From positions 24,924,001 through 24,988,000 of the forward strand of contig OZ024757.1 in NCBI GenBank assembly GCA_964016885.1: a stretch of 64,000 nt of DNA, given 5' to 3'. Numbering within the stretch: the stretch's first letter is position 1; each line of letters opens with the position of its first letter. The notes beneath the pieces were generated by a model. The model saw nothing but the letters and a program-made list of their open reading frames with translations. It was not told where the DNA came from and ran no database searches. Positions 1-13,052 of this stretch are shown here, piece after piece. Origin of the DNA: Eledone cirrhosa. Taxonomy: Eukaryota. The position numbers and the translations under genes are program-made.

Positions 1-120
1 AATATATTTCCGAAATTTATGGGAGGTGTGCTGTTTTCTGATTTTATAAGCCTGTCTACAGGTGTTAGACATATGGAATTCAAAAAGGTGTTCCGTGTTG
101 TTGTTGGAAAGATGGTTAAT

Positions 121-492
121 AATAATAATAATAATTGTTTCTACTTTTTGGCACAAGGCCAGCAATTACCCAGTAAGTATATTACTGGTACTTTATTTTA
201 TCGACCCCGTAAGGATGAAAGGCAAAGTTAACCTAGACGGGATTTGAACTCAGACCATAAAGGGACATAACTATGCTAGAAAGCATGGTGGCCACCCCTC
301 TCCCAATACTGCCAATTCACTGCTTGGTTAATAATAATAATTGTTTCTACTTTTGGCACAAGGTCAGCAATTACTCCAGTGCATTACTGGTGCTTTATTT
401 TATCGACCCCGTAAGGATGAAAGGCAAAGTTAAACTCAGCGGGATTTGAACTCAGATCATAAAGGGCCGTCCGACCCTCTCCCGATACTGTC

Positions 493-500
<8 letters not shown>
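121..500 (-). mobile_element. Two tandem tRNA-derived SINEs, family A (Meta-domain-like core)
   Basis: Sense strand has A/B-box-like head, core tttgcctttcatccttacggggtcgataaaataaagtacc and a (TTA)n tail. More than 15 copies in the window. Confidence 0.85.
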
Positions 501-562
<62 letters not shown>

Positions 563-1261
563 CAGCTCACATATGTTTCTTGGATGTTTTAATGGGAGGG
601 GGCCCCAGTCCTACCATGAAAAGACTTACCTCTTGACCAGATGCTATTTCATTGCAGTGGTTAGCTCTTCCTGCTGCTGTTAGTATTCATTTTCCTTTTG
701 CATCTGAGTGGATTGAAACAATGTGAAATGAAGTGTCTTGCTCAAGATTCAGGTATCCAACCCTAGCCTTATGATGATGAGCCCAACATCCTAACACTAG
801 GACATGAGCTTTGACTCTTGCTAGTTAGGAAAACAGACATTAAATAATGGTCCCATGATAAAAAGCACCCTGCCCGCACTGTAAGGTGGTCATGTTGGTG
901 ACATGACAAAAAGCACCCAGGTCAATTTGTAAGGTGGTCGTTTTGGTGCCACAATAAAGGAACACCCAGCCCAAACTGTACTGTGGTTGGCATTAGGAAG
1001 GTCATCCAGTCATCCAACACAAGCCAAAATGCAGATTGCACGAGCAAGACGTGGCCACCTTAACTGACTTGTTTCATAACATGACAACCAGTCTAACCCA
1101 TACAAGCAGGGAAAAATAGACGTTAACCCTTTAATGTTCAAACTGTCCAAAACCGGCCAGAATTCTCTACCTTTTTCTGTTGAAACTGGCTGTAACTGGT
1201 CACTCAAACTGATGTTAAGGTATTGTTCTCAAAATAAATACTTTCAAAATCTCATAGATTC

Positions 1262-2575
1262 GATATTATGTGAGATAATTATGTGAGGTAAAGCCTTTAC
1301 CATGAAAATATAATAGTATATATATAGAGTAATGTGAATGTTATGTGAGATATTATGTGAGGTAAAGCCTTTACCATGAAAATATAATAGTATATATAGA
1401 GTAATGTGAATGTTATCTGAGATATAATGTGAGGTAAAGCCTTTACTGTGAAAATACAATAGTATATATAGAGTAATGTAAATGTTATGTGAGATATGTG
1501 AGGTAAAGCCTTTACTGTGAAAATATAATAGTATATATAGAGTAATGTGAATGTTATCTGAGATATAATGTGAGGTAAAGCCTTTACTGTGAAAATACAA
1601 TAGTATATATAGAGTAATGTAAATGTTATGTGAGATATTATGTGAGGTAAAGCCTTTACTGTGAAAATATAATAGTATATATAGAGTAATGTAAATGTTA
1701 TGTGAGATATTATGTGAGGTAAAGCCTTTACTGTGAAAATACAATAGTATATATAGAGTAATGTAAATGTTATGTGAGATATTATGTGAGATAAAGACTT
1801 TACTGTGAAAATACAATAGTATATATAGAGTAATGTAAATGTTATGTGAGATATTATGTGAGGTAAAGACTTTACTGTGAAAATACAATAGTATATATAG
1901 AGTAATGTAAATGTTATGTGAGATATTATGTGAGGTAAAGACTTTACTGTGAAAATACAATAGTATATATAGAGTAATGTAAATGTTATGTGAGATATTA
2001 TGTAAGGTAAAGCCTTTACTGTGAAAATACAATAGTATATATAGAGTAATGTAAATGTTATGCGAGATACTTATGTGAGGTAAAGCCTTTACCACGAAAA
2101 TACAATAGTATATATAGAATAATGTGAATGTTATGCGAGATAATTATGTGCGGTAAAGCCTTTACCATGAAAATATAATAATATATATAGAATAATGTGA
2201 ATGTTATGTGAGATATTATGTGAGGTAAAGCCTTTACTGTGAAAATACAATAGTATATATAGAGTAATGGAAATGGTATGTGAGATACTATGTGAGGTAA
2301 AGCCTTTACTGCGAAAATATAATAGTATATATAGAGTAATGTAAATGTTATGTGAGATATTATGTGAGATAAAGACTTTACTGTGAAAATACAATAGTAT
2401 ATATAGAGTAATGTGAATGTTATGTGAGATATTATGTGAGGTAAAACCTTTACTGTGAAAATATAAAAGTATATATAGAGTAATGTAAATGTTATGCGAG
2501 ATATTATGTGAGGTAAAGCCTTTACTGTGAAAATACAATAGTATATATAGAGTAATGTAAATGTTATGTGAGATA
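1262..2575. repeat. 72-bp minisatellite (~18 copies); a further unit follows the LINE at 5211-5273
   Basis: Unit tgtgaggtaaagcctttactgtgaaaatacaatagtatatatagagtaatgtaaatgttatgtgagatatta. Confidence 0.95.
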
Positions 2576-5210
2576 TCATCATCATCAACGTTTAACGTCC
2601 GTGTTCCACGCTTGCATGGGTTTGGACGGGGGTAGTCCCACTTGAGGCAAGAGTGATTGTCTTGCTCGCATAGGACTGTCTGGCAGGTTTTCTACAGTTG
2701 GATGCCCTTCCTAACACCAACCACATTTACAGTGTGGGACTGGGAGGTTTTTACCGTGTTGCCTACACGGCCACATTACAGCGTGGACTGTGTGTTTTTT
2801 TGTCGTGACACCTACACGATCTCATTTGTTTCGGCCTGGATGGTGTGGCACCAACATAACTTTACATAGGAGGGGGTGGTGTGGATGGGGTGTGGGTGGT
2901 GGGACAGGGGTGTATTTTGTTAGAGATGCCTACTGGCTGTAGTGGGTTTTACTATGTATTTAGGTAAGGCGGGTCTTCTCTATTACTGAGTACCGCCAAA
3001 GGTCTCGGTCCAGTGACATTGTCTTGGAGAGGTGTAAGTGTGTGAGGTCGGAGTTTATCAGCTCGTCCCAGGTTTTTCTAGGTCTGCCTATTCCGTGGCT
3101 ACCGTCTATCTTTATTGCCCTGCACTTTGTTATACAGCTATCGACTTTCATGCGCATCACGTGTCCGTACCAACGTAGCCTTCTCTCGAGTAAACAACAT
3201 CTGATCCCTCTTATTTCTAATTTTTTCCTTAGCTCGTTTATGCTTTGCCGTTCACGTATATTACTATTACACATCCAGCGGAGCATGCAAGCTTTGTTCC
3301 TCTCTAGTCTGCGTATATCCTCTGCACACAATGCCCAGGTTTCACTGCCATGCAACATTGCTGTTCGTATGCAGGCATCATACAACCTGCCTTTCATTTT
3401 TAGGGAGAACCCTTTAGCGGCTAATAGTGGTATAAGCTCTCTGAACTTTTTCCATCCAGTTCTGACTCTAGCTACTGTACTTTCGGAGCACCCTCCCCCA
3501 CTGCTGATTTTGTCACCCAGGTAACGGAAGCTGTCCACTATTTCTATAGAGCCCTCTGCGCAATTGAAAAAGTTAGTATTTTGTGGGCACTCGCTGCTAC
3601 TTATTGCACCAGAGCACCGCCCACATGTAAAATCTAAGTTCTTAGTTAGCTTACCTGTGATCCCACTACATCTTTTATGCACCCAAACTTTGCATTTGGG
3701 ACATAAAATGGAGTTTCTACCTACGCCTTTCCTACACACTGAGCATGGCCATTTCCCGGAAGGGACCGCCGCCTTATTTTCTTTCCTACAAACTAGAACT
3801 TTAGTCTTAGCCAGGTTAATTTTAAGTCCTTTTGATTCTAGGCCGTGGTTCCATGTTTGGAATTTCTTCTCTAGCTCGGCCATTGATTCAGCTATGAGTC
3901 TCAGGTCGTCTGCGTCTAGGAGTACCCATGGGCAGCCGGTCTTGAACTCCTCTGTTATAGCCTGAAGGGCAATAATAAATAGTAGGGGGCTGAGAACAGA
4001 ACCCTGATGGACGCCAACTTTTACGCTAAACTCTTCACTATATTCGTTGCTAATTCTAACCTTGCTGACTGTTTCTTTATACATGGCTTGTATAGCTCTC
4101 ACAAGCCATTCGTCGACACCTAGTTTTCTAAGGGCCCACCAGATAATGGAACGGGGGACTCTGTCGAAGGCTTTCTCCAAGTCGACAAAAGCTAAGTAGA
4201 GGGGTTTACCTTTAGCTAGGTACTTCTCCTGTAGTTGACGTACAATGAAAAGAGCGTCTGTGGTACTTTTGCCTGACACAAACCCGAACTGCATTTCATC
4301 TAGGTCAATTCTCTCTCTGATTAGTTGCGCTATTACTTTTTCCGTGACCTTCATGACCTGGTCGATTAATTTAATGCCTCTATAGTTACTCCTATCTAGG
4401 GCATCTCCTTTACCCTTATAACAGTTAACGATGATGCTGCTATGCCAGTCCTTCGGAACAACCCCTTTCTGTACGACTTGGTTAACTATCCGGGTTACCA
4501 AGGTGTGTCCCACCGTGCCAGATGCCTTCAGCATCTCAGCAACTATTTCCGAAGGCCCAGCCACCTTACCCGTCTTCATATCCTTGATTACCTTACTTAT
4601 TATACTCCCCTCGACTAACACTGCTGGTCCCTCTATTGGGTCGATGTGGGGGAGACTGTCTTTCTCCCATTTATTCTCCTCATTTAGTAGCCTTTCATAG
4701 TGACACTTCCAAGCTACCTTCTTATCAGCGTCGGTGATGGCAAGTACGCCGTCATCATTAAGTACACACTTCTCCCCGACAATATCACGGTTTTCCTTGA
4801 CACATTGCCTAGCAATCCTGAACACCTCACGTTTTTGGTCCTCGCGTTGTAGAACATGCTTGAACTTTCTTTCCTCTGCTTCCCTTCTTGCGAAGTACAC
4901 TTGTCTCCTAGCCTCCCTCCTGGCCACTTGATAGTCTTCTCTACTTCCCCCATCCCGCCATACTTTCCAAGCCTGCTTTTTGGCCTTAATTGACCCCTCC
5001 ACCCTACTGTTCCACCACCATGTTACTCTCTTCCTGCCTACAGGCCTGCTCCAGCCACAGACTTCGTCTGTCGCCATCAGCAGGTTTGCTTTCAGAAATT
5101 CCCACTGTCCCTCTATATTGTCCGACTCTAAATGCTCTTCCTTACTGTCGAAAGCATCAAGTAATATGCTTTGAAATTTATTTCTGGCTGTGGGGTCCTT
5201 TAGCTTCCAT
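2576..5210 (-). mobile_element. 5'-truncated RTE-clade LINE; 705-aa open frame with RT domain and PHD finger, (GAT)n 3' tail
   Basis: RT motifs NYRGIKL, QFGF, FVDLEKAFDRV, GVHQGSVLSPLLF, (Y>D)ADD and FRYLG. RTE-type C-terminus RRLRWYGHVMR...GRPRKTW. No endonuclease domain present. Confidence 0.95.
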
Positions 5211-5479
5211 ATTTACTGAGGTAAAGCCTTTACTGTGAAAATACAATAGTATATATAGAGTAATGTAAATGCTGTGGCTAATGATATATAATTTAGCTTA
5301 TTCAGTAATACTGTGGATTACTGAAGGTAGTACCAATATATATACCTTATGATACAGCAGTGTATATAGTAAATTTAACATGACAAAGTTTCACATAAAT
5401 GTTTTTATTGATTATCAACATGTGTTACTTGTTCGATGAATTATAAAGACTTTTATGTGAAATTTTGTCATATATTGTA

Positions 5480-6340
5480 TCCACATTGTAAAGATGTCAT
5501 GTAGGTGTCACAATAAAACACACCCAGTCCACACTGTAAAGTGGTCGTGTAGGTATCACGACAAAAAAGCACCCAACCCACACTGTAAAGTTGTCGTGTA
5601 GGTCTCACAACAAAAATCACCCAGCCCACACTGTAAAGTGGTCGTGTAGGTGTCACAACAAAAAGCACCCAACCCACACTGTAAAGTGGTCGTGTAGGTG
5701 TCACAACAAAACACACCCAGTCCACACTGTAAAGTGGTCGTGTAGGTCTCACAACAAAAAGCACCCAGACCACACTGTAAAGTGGTCGTGTAGGTCTCAC
5801 AACAAAAAGCACCCAACCCACACTGTAAAGTGGTCGTGTAGGTGTCACAACAAAAAGCACCCAGTCCACACTGTAAAGTGGTTGTGTAGGTCTCACAACA
5901 AAAAGCACCCAACCCACACTGTAAAGTGGTCGTGTAGGTGTCACAACAAAACACACCCAGTCCACACTGTAAAGTGGTCGTGTAGGTCTCACAACAAAAA
6001 GCACCCAGCCCACACTGTAAAGTGGTCGTGTAGGTGTCACAACAAAAAGCACCCAGTCCACACTGTAAAGTGGTCGTGTAGGTGTCACAACAAAAAGCAC
6101 CCAGTCCACACTGTAAAGTGGTTGTGTAGGTCTCACAACAAAAAGCATCCAACCTACACTGTAAAGTGGTCGTGTAGGTGTCACAACAAAAAGCATCCAG
6201 CCCTAACTGTAAAGTGGTCGTGTAGGTCTCACAGCAAAAAGCACCCAGCCCACAATCTAAAGTGGTCATGTAGGTCTCACAACTAAAAGCACCTAGCCCA
6301 TAGTCTGAATGTTGTTGGCATTAGGAAGGGCATCAAGCCA
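5480..6340. repeat. 48-bp minisatellite derived from the RTE 3' UTR
   Basis: Unit cacactgtaaagtggtcgtgtaggtgtcacaacaaaaagcacccagtc; runs into ttggcattaggaagggcatc of the RTE tail. Confidence 0.95.
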
Positions 6341-6560
6341 ATAACAGTCCTATATGAGCAAGGCATGGTCACCTGACCCAACTTGCCTCTAATGGGACAA
6401 CCCCTCTAACTCATCTTTTATTTTCTAATCTAGCTCCATGTACTCTCCTGACGAAGGACGAACCACTGATACCTTGAATTTCTTTTCTCTCTTTCATCCA
6501 AAGCTTGAACTTAGTAACACTAATTCTTTTGTACCTCAATGTTTGTCATTTTTAGTATAT

Positions 6561-7137
6561 ACTAGCAGTGGTACCCGCCGTTGCACAGGATAAGGTATTG
6601 TGAAATATATAACCGCCCTAAGCTTAGTATAGCCACAACCACGGCTGACAAAGAAGTAAGGGTCTGGTGGTACGTAAGTAAGCAACACTGTGGCTTAAAA
6701 TGTGAGGAAGAAGTTGTGTGCACTTACCAACTGTTTGGGGAATGAGTGTGAGATTTGTCTTGAGCAAGAGTGGCAGAATAACCGGAGGCAGCAGACAGCC
6801 AGACATACAGACAGATATTATAAGGGTGCGTTCTGGACGCAGAGCGAATTGTAGGAAGTGACGTAATGCAGACAGTCAGACCTACAGACAGATATTATAA
6901 GGGCGCAACGTTATATGTATGTATCTATCTAAAAAGAGAAAGACTAAGGATTGAGATCGCTAAATCGCCTAATGCGGTCCCTAGGGCATTGAAAATTTGA
7001 AATCTTTTTTGCTCAGAACACTCCCTGAAACATAAGTATTACATGTGTAAAGTTTGAAAATAGTCGGTTGGGTGCTTCTCTAGTTTTAGGGATTCAAACT
7101 CACACAGACAGACATCCTCAGTTTTATATATATAGAT
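6561..7137 (+). mobile_element. Helentron/HINE (DINE-like) non-autonomous element
   Basis: Starts tactagcagtggtacccgccgttgcac and ends acagacagac...ttttatatatataga. Same termini as 60604-61890. Confidence 0.6.
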
Positions 7138-7424
7138 GACCATGGGATTTTCACATAGAATGTGCCCCCTCTGATGCACAAGTCTGGGTAAGAGTGTTTA
7201 TGGAAAACCAGCAGTCATTCATACCAGTCTCTTCTCTCCACGCCACAGATGTAATGGCTGATACAGCTTGGCACCAGTGACATTGTAACTCATTTCTACA
7301 GCTGAGTAAACTGGAGCAACATGAAATAAAGTGTCTTGTTCATGGACAATCATCTGGTCTGAGATTGAACTCCCAACCTCATGACTGCAAGGCCAATGCT
7401 CTAACCACTAAGCCATGTGTCTTC

Positions 7425-7477
<53 letters not shown>

Positions 7478-7503
7478 GTATAAAAATCAATACAATATAA
7501 TTA

Positions 7504-7573
7504 CCTCATTACCAGAGGTTTCCCGAATGAGGCGAATACGAAATAAACGACTTCATTTGTTCGTCAGACGAGG
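7504..7573 (-). ncRNA. Type I hammerhead ribozyme-like motif (Penelope-type), stem II degenerate
   Basis: Minus strand: CCUCGU-CUGACGA-(stem II)-GAAA-CC-UCU-GG-UA-AUGAGG. Stems I and III pair; GUA cleavage triplet. Confidence 0.6.
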
Positions 7574-7681
7574 CAATATAAAACATGGGTAAATACTTAG
7601 AAAAACTCATCAAGAAAATCAAAAATTTGAGAGCACTCTTCATTTCTATGACCTTTTCCGTTTCCAACGGAAATTTCAATA

Positions 7682-7720
<39 letters not shown>

Positions 7721-7923
7721 TCATTTTATTAAGGCTAAATAGTGAGATTGTTACTCTAGAGTTTTATTTGACTGCTTATCAAAGGGTCATCTCCCTGTGA
7801 TAAGCAGGTGAAACTCTTTATCACAGGGTCATCTCTCTGTGATAAGCAGACAAAACTCCAAAATGAATAATTAAACTCTTTGGTATAGAGTACTTTTTTC
7901 TCTCAGCTGCTAACTACTTACGG

Positions 7924-7975
<52 letters not shown>

Positions 7976-9644
7976 TGATTATATATATATGTAGGTGGTT
8001 GTACTGGTACCATGTCATAAAGCACCCAGTTCACCTTGAAAGGTGGTATTGCTGGTGCCAAGTACACACTCTAAGGTGGTTGGCATTAGGAAGAGCAGCC
8101 TTCCATAGAAAACCAAGCCCAAATCAGAGTGTGTCAGCAAGATGTGGTCACCGAACCTGTCTGGCTGCATAACGGGACAGCCCGTCTAAACCCCTGCAAA
8201 TATGGAAAATAGGTGTTAAACTGTGATTATGGTCATGATAATAATTTCTTTAGTGGGTCACTCAGGGACAACCTTTAAAAATATATATATATATAAATAG
8301 CATCATCATCATCATCATCATTTAACATCTGCTTTCTTTACTAGCAAGGGTTGGACATAAACTAAGTTAGTACTGAAGCAGACTACTAACCTCCCTGACA
8401 GGCTGAGGAGTCTGTATCCTGTTTATGTATGATCATATTGAGTGCAGAAGAGAAGTTGTCATGTCTTTTGACACAAACTATATGGCCTTCCTAACCCTAT
8501 GTTTGGAAAACTTTCTATGGCTGGATGCCTTCATCATCATCATCATTTTCCCTGCTTGCAAGGGTGGGACGGTGCTTATCCAGCACAGCATCTCTCCACT
8601 TGTCACGGTCCTTCGTCATCTTCACTGTGAGCTTCAGCGATCTGAGGTCTATTCTCACCACCTCCGCCCATGTTTTTCGTGGTCTACCTCTACCACGTCT
8701 TCCTTCAATATTTTATTTACACAAAGTAATTTAAACCAGAGGATGGGGGGGCTCACATTCCTTCACCTACAGTGAATACTTTACAATGCCAACTTACATT
8801 CATTCATAGAATATAGACTGGATAATGCCAGGTGTCTATAATGTTTAACCCAGTGCTTATCTAATGGGAGGAATTTAGCTCCAAGAGGATGAGTCATAGT
8901 CAAGGGAAGAATCCAAACTGGGAACGAATAGTGTACATTCTGTTTGTGTGTATATATATATATATACACCATCCTATACGAGCGAGACACGGTCACCCGA
9001 CCCAACTTGCCTCAAATGCGACAACCCATGGTTGGTGTTAGGAAGGGCATCCAGCCGTAGAAAACCTACATGAAACAGTTCTGTACGAGCGAGACACGGT
9101 CACCCAACCAATCTTGTCTCAAGTGGGACAAACCCGTCCAACCCATGCTAGCATGGATGATGGACGTTTAACAATGATGGTGCTGATGATATATAGTATA
9201 GGTATAAATCAAAGTTGTGGCTGAAGTAGGACAGAGATAACAATTGAATTATTTGAGGTAGTCACGAAGCATCCAATGGTGCGAAAAGTTAAATATCTTG
9301 CTCAGCATTAACACACAAAGTTGTATAAGTGTGAGTCCATGAATGTCCAGGTTTAGGTAGCCATAGTATATAACCTCCACAATGACAAATACGAATTGAT
9401 AAAAAAAAAAAAATATAAAATGAAATATTAAAATACCCAACTATAGTATATATTGTATATATATCAAATGAAATACTAATATACCGAACTATAGTGTATA
9501 TTGTATATATATATAATGAAATACTAATATATCCAAGTATAGTGTATATATATCCAGTGAAATACCAATATACCCAACTATAGTGTATATTGTATGTCAA
9601 ATGAAATACTAATATATCCAACTCTAGTGTACATTGTGTATATA

Positions 9645-10144
9645 TCTTCTATATATATAAAAGCGAGGATGTGTGTGTGTCTGTGGACAACTTTGGACAG
9701 CTAAGGCTTTTACAATTCCCAACCGAATTTGACCAAATTTTCTGTGCACGTTGCACCTGTCGCTAAGATGGTCACATCACAAACATTTTTCAAATCGACC
9801 CACGTTGAGCAATAAAAAATCGATAGCAAAATTAATTTTTCTAAAGTGCATGATGTAAGGTAGAAATCAATCGAAACAAAATCCTTATGGGACTTTCCAT
9901 TCAAACTGTTGGGACCTACAACTTTTCAGCTGTAGCTTGCACATTTTTTTGTCACTCGCGACAAAATTGTAGGTGTTTGTTCTCTGCACTACAAGGCTCT
10001 TAAGCGAGCATCAATTTTCTTCTAAGTCACATGCCTGTGTCAGCAAACCCATAAAAACTAAATCCTTATGGGATTTTCCATTCAATTTACTTCCTAGCTG
10101 TATATTCTTAGCATAATTTCAAACCCCGGGCAAATCTGCTAGTA
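9645..10144 (-). mobile_element. Helentron/HINE-like element
   Basis: Reverse-oriented termini tctatatatataaaagcgaggatgtgtgtg ... ccccgggcaaatctgctagta. Confidence 0.55.
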
Positions 10145-10187
10145 TATTTTTATATATCCAATGAAATAATATATCCTACTATAGAAT

Positions 10188-10241
<54 letters not shown>

Positions 10242-10309
10242 GAAATACTAATAACAGTTCATTCAACTCTGCTGCTTCAGATTTAATCCAGTTTAGAACT
10301 ATACAATGA

Positions 10310-10850
10310 CAGAGGTTTGAAAAGCTGGCTTATGTTAATATGGTGCTCAGGTGAGTATGTACTGGTTGACAATTCAAAATAGGGTGGAATTGAGGAAACC
10401 TGGGACCACAAGTGGAGGAAGGTGACCAGGGGCCCTGAAAATCACAAGACTATACAGTTATTAAGGTTTGAAAAGTCTGTTCATATTGAGATGGTACTCA
10501 GGTGAAAAATAACTAGATGGCAATTCAGAATAGGGTAGAATTGAGGGAATCTTGGATTACATACAGAGGGCAGTGAATTGGGTTTCACAGAACCACGGGA
10601 TTAATCTGGGATTGTGTGGGGGAGAAATTTGACAGGTTTGAAAAACTGGCTTATGTTGATATGGTGCTCAGGTGAATATGCACTGATTGAAAAGGGTGGA
10701 AATTGAGGAAAGCTGGGACCACAAGAAGAGGAATGTGACCTGGGTTTCTGAAAATCACTGAAAAGGTTTGAAAAGTTTGATAAAGTTGATATGATGTTCA
10801 AATGAAAAGTAACTAGATGGCACTTTACAATAGGGTGGAACTGAGGATTA
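10310..10850. repeat. Degenerate ~130-170 bp tandem repeat (4 copies)
   Basis: aggtttgaaaa...atatggtgctcaggtga...tagggtggaattgagg recurs near 10313, 10463, 10633 and 10763. Confidence 0.75.
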
Positions 10851-11569
10851 CTAGTTCAACCCTTGGTCAGATTCAACTGAGCTGAACTATAATTAAAGCT
10901 GTTCCAGTAGCAACAGCACCTCCCCACTATCATTTATGATGAGCAGAGATTTGAGGCAGATTTGGCTGCTATTTCTAACATATTGACTGACCACTTTGAA
11001 GTTTGTCTGTTTCATATTTAGCCCCAGATCAGCCTTAATTGAGCAGCGATGATCAAAGACACTCCAGATATACCCCATTCCGCCGTATTTAGAGAACTAT
11101 CTCTCAGACACTATACTATCCAATGGGCATTTCCTCTCAACTATGATGGGGAGTAGGTGGGTTGGGATAGACTTAGCTGCTATTTTTAACATGTCAAGTG
11201 CTTATGTAGAGGCTTCTCTAGTTGGCTGATTGCCAATGGGAACCCCTAGGTGCCAACAGGGGCATAATCAATAAGGTAAGGTCTCATTCTGTGTGTGTAT
11301 GTATATATATATATAAAAAGAAAAAAAGATGAAATCGAAAATGCAACTGGAGTCTTATTTTTAAAAAAAATATATTTATTTGGTTCCTTTACCGGTTTTG
11401 CAGTGCTTCTGCTTTTCAAAAGTAGAGTTGAGATGGAGGGTCTGTGGTTTTTCTCACATCTGTCTTAAAATAAGACTCCAGTTGCATTTTCGATTTCATC
11501 TTTTTTTCTTTATACTTTCACTCGTGTAGGACACCTCGGTTATTTTTCATTTTGTAAAAAAAACCTCAC

Positions 11570-11608
<39 letters not shown>

Positions 11609-12530
11609 GAGAGAGAGATTTGAGGCAGATTTGGCTGCTATTTCTAACACATTGAATGACCATTTTGCGGTTTGTTTCAGTTTATAATGAGAGTTGTTCC
11701 CATTATTTAGCCCTTATGTTGCCAAATTATATTATGAGTTCAAATCCCGCTGAGGTTAACTTTGCCTTTCATCCTTACGGGGTCGATAAAATAAAGTACC
11801 AGTAATGCACTGGAGTAATTGCTGACCTTGTGCCAAAAGTAGAAACAATTATTTAGCCCTGGATCAGCCTTATATGTATGTGTGTGTATATATATATATA
11901 TATACAATGTTTACGATAAACATATGTATAACATGATACACATTCCTTTCCGCTCCACCGACTTCGCACTAACTGGCATGGAAGGCGACAACGGAAGGTC
12001 AAGGGTCCAAAAGTAGTAGTAGTGGTAGTAGTAGTTGTAAGGTGGTAGTTTACCCCCCTCACCCACCCAATTCCGATTAAACAGACGACTAATTACAATA
12101 AATTCCAACCGTGACCGCTCCATCTGTATTTTCTAGCTATTCAATTTTCTTTTAATTAATCTACATATTAGAATTCCTTGGACCGGGCGGCGCGTTGTCC
12201 TTGTGTATATATATATATACACATATATATATATATATACACACAAGTAATAAGACTGTGTTTTGGCATCTCTGTTCGTCTTGTCTATTCTTGCACTATA
12301 TACACAGTATATATTCATTTTATTATAGAAATGATTTCTTTCTACAGGACTAGAACTATTCCATTCGTTAGAAATCATCAGGAAAGTCCTGATGATTTCT
12401 AACGAATGAAACAGTTCTAGTCCTGTAGAAGTCATTTCTATAATAGAAATTAATATACCTCTACTATACTAACGTATTGAGTACCTTTTATGACAGTGGT
12501 TGCCTGGCCATTTGTATCGGGATCCACACA

Positions 12531-12566
<36 letters not shown>

Positions 12567-12996
12567 TGTGTGTGTATACACACACATATATATACACACA
12601 CGCACACATATATATGTGTATACACACACACACATATGTGTATACACACACATATATATATATACACACACACATATATGTGTAGACACACACATATATA
12701 TATATACACACACACATATGTGTGTATACACACACATATATATATATACACACACACACATGTGTGTATACACACATATATATATACACACACACACATA
12801 TGTGTGTATACACACATATATATACACACACACACACACGTGTGTGTGCGTGTGTATATAAATATTTATATATATGTGTGTGGATCCCTACACAAATCGG
12901 CAGGCGACCACTGTCATAAATATTTATATACACACATATATATACACACATACACATATATGTGTATATATATATACACACACACACATATGTGTG

Positions 12997-13052
<56 letters not shown>

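Noticed and set aside
1244-2588. ORFs with 24-aa periodicity
   Set aside because: 72-bp TE-derived minisatellite; no coding signals.
3024-5238. Plus-strand ORFs overlapping the RTE (likewise those over the Tx1 and mariner)
   Set aside because: Antisense shadows of TE coding sequence.
5468-6286. Cys-rich repeat ORFs resembling keratin-associated or toxin-like proteins
   Set aside because: 48-bp repeat from the RTE 3' UTR, open in several frames by chance.
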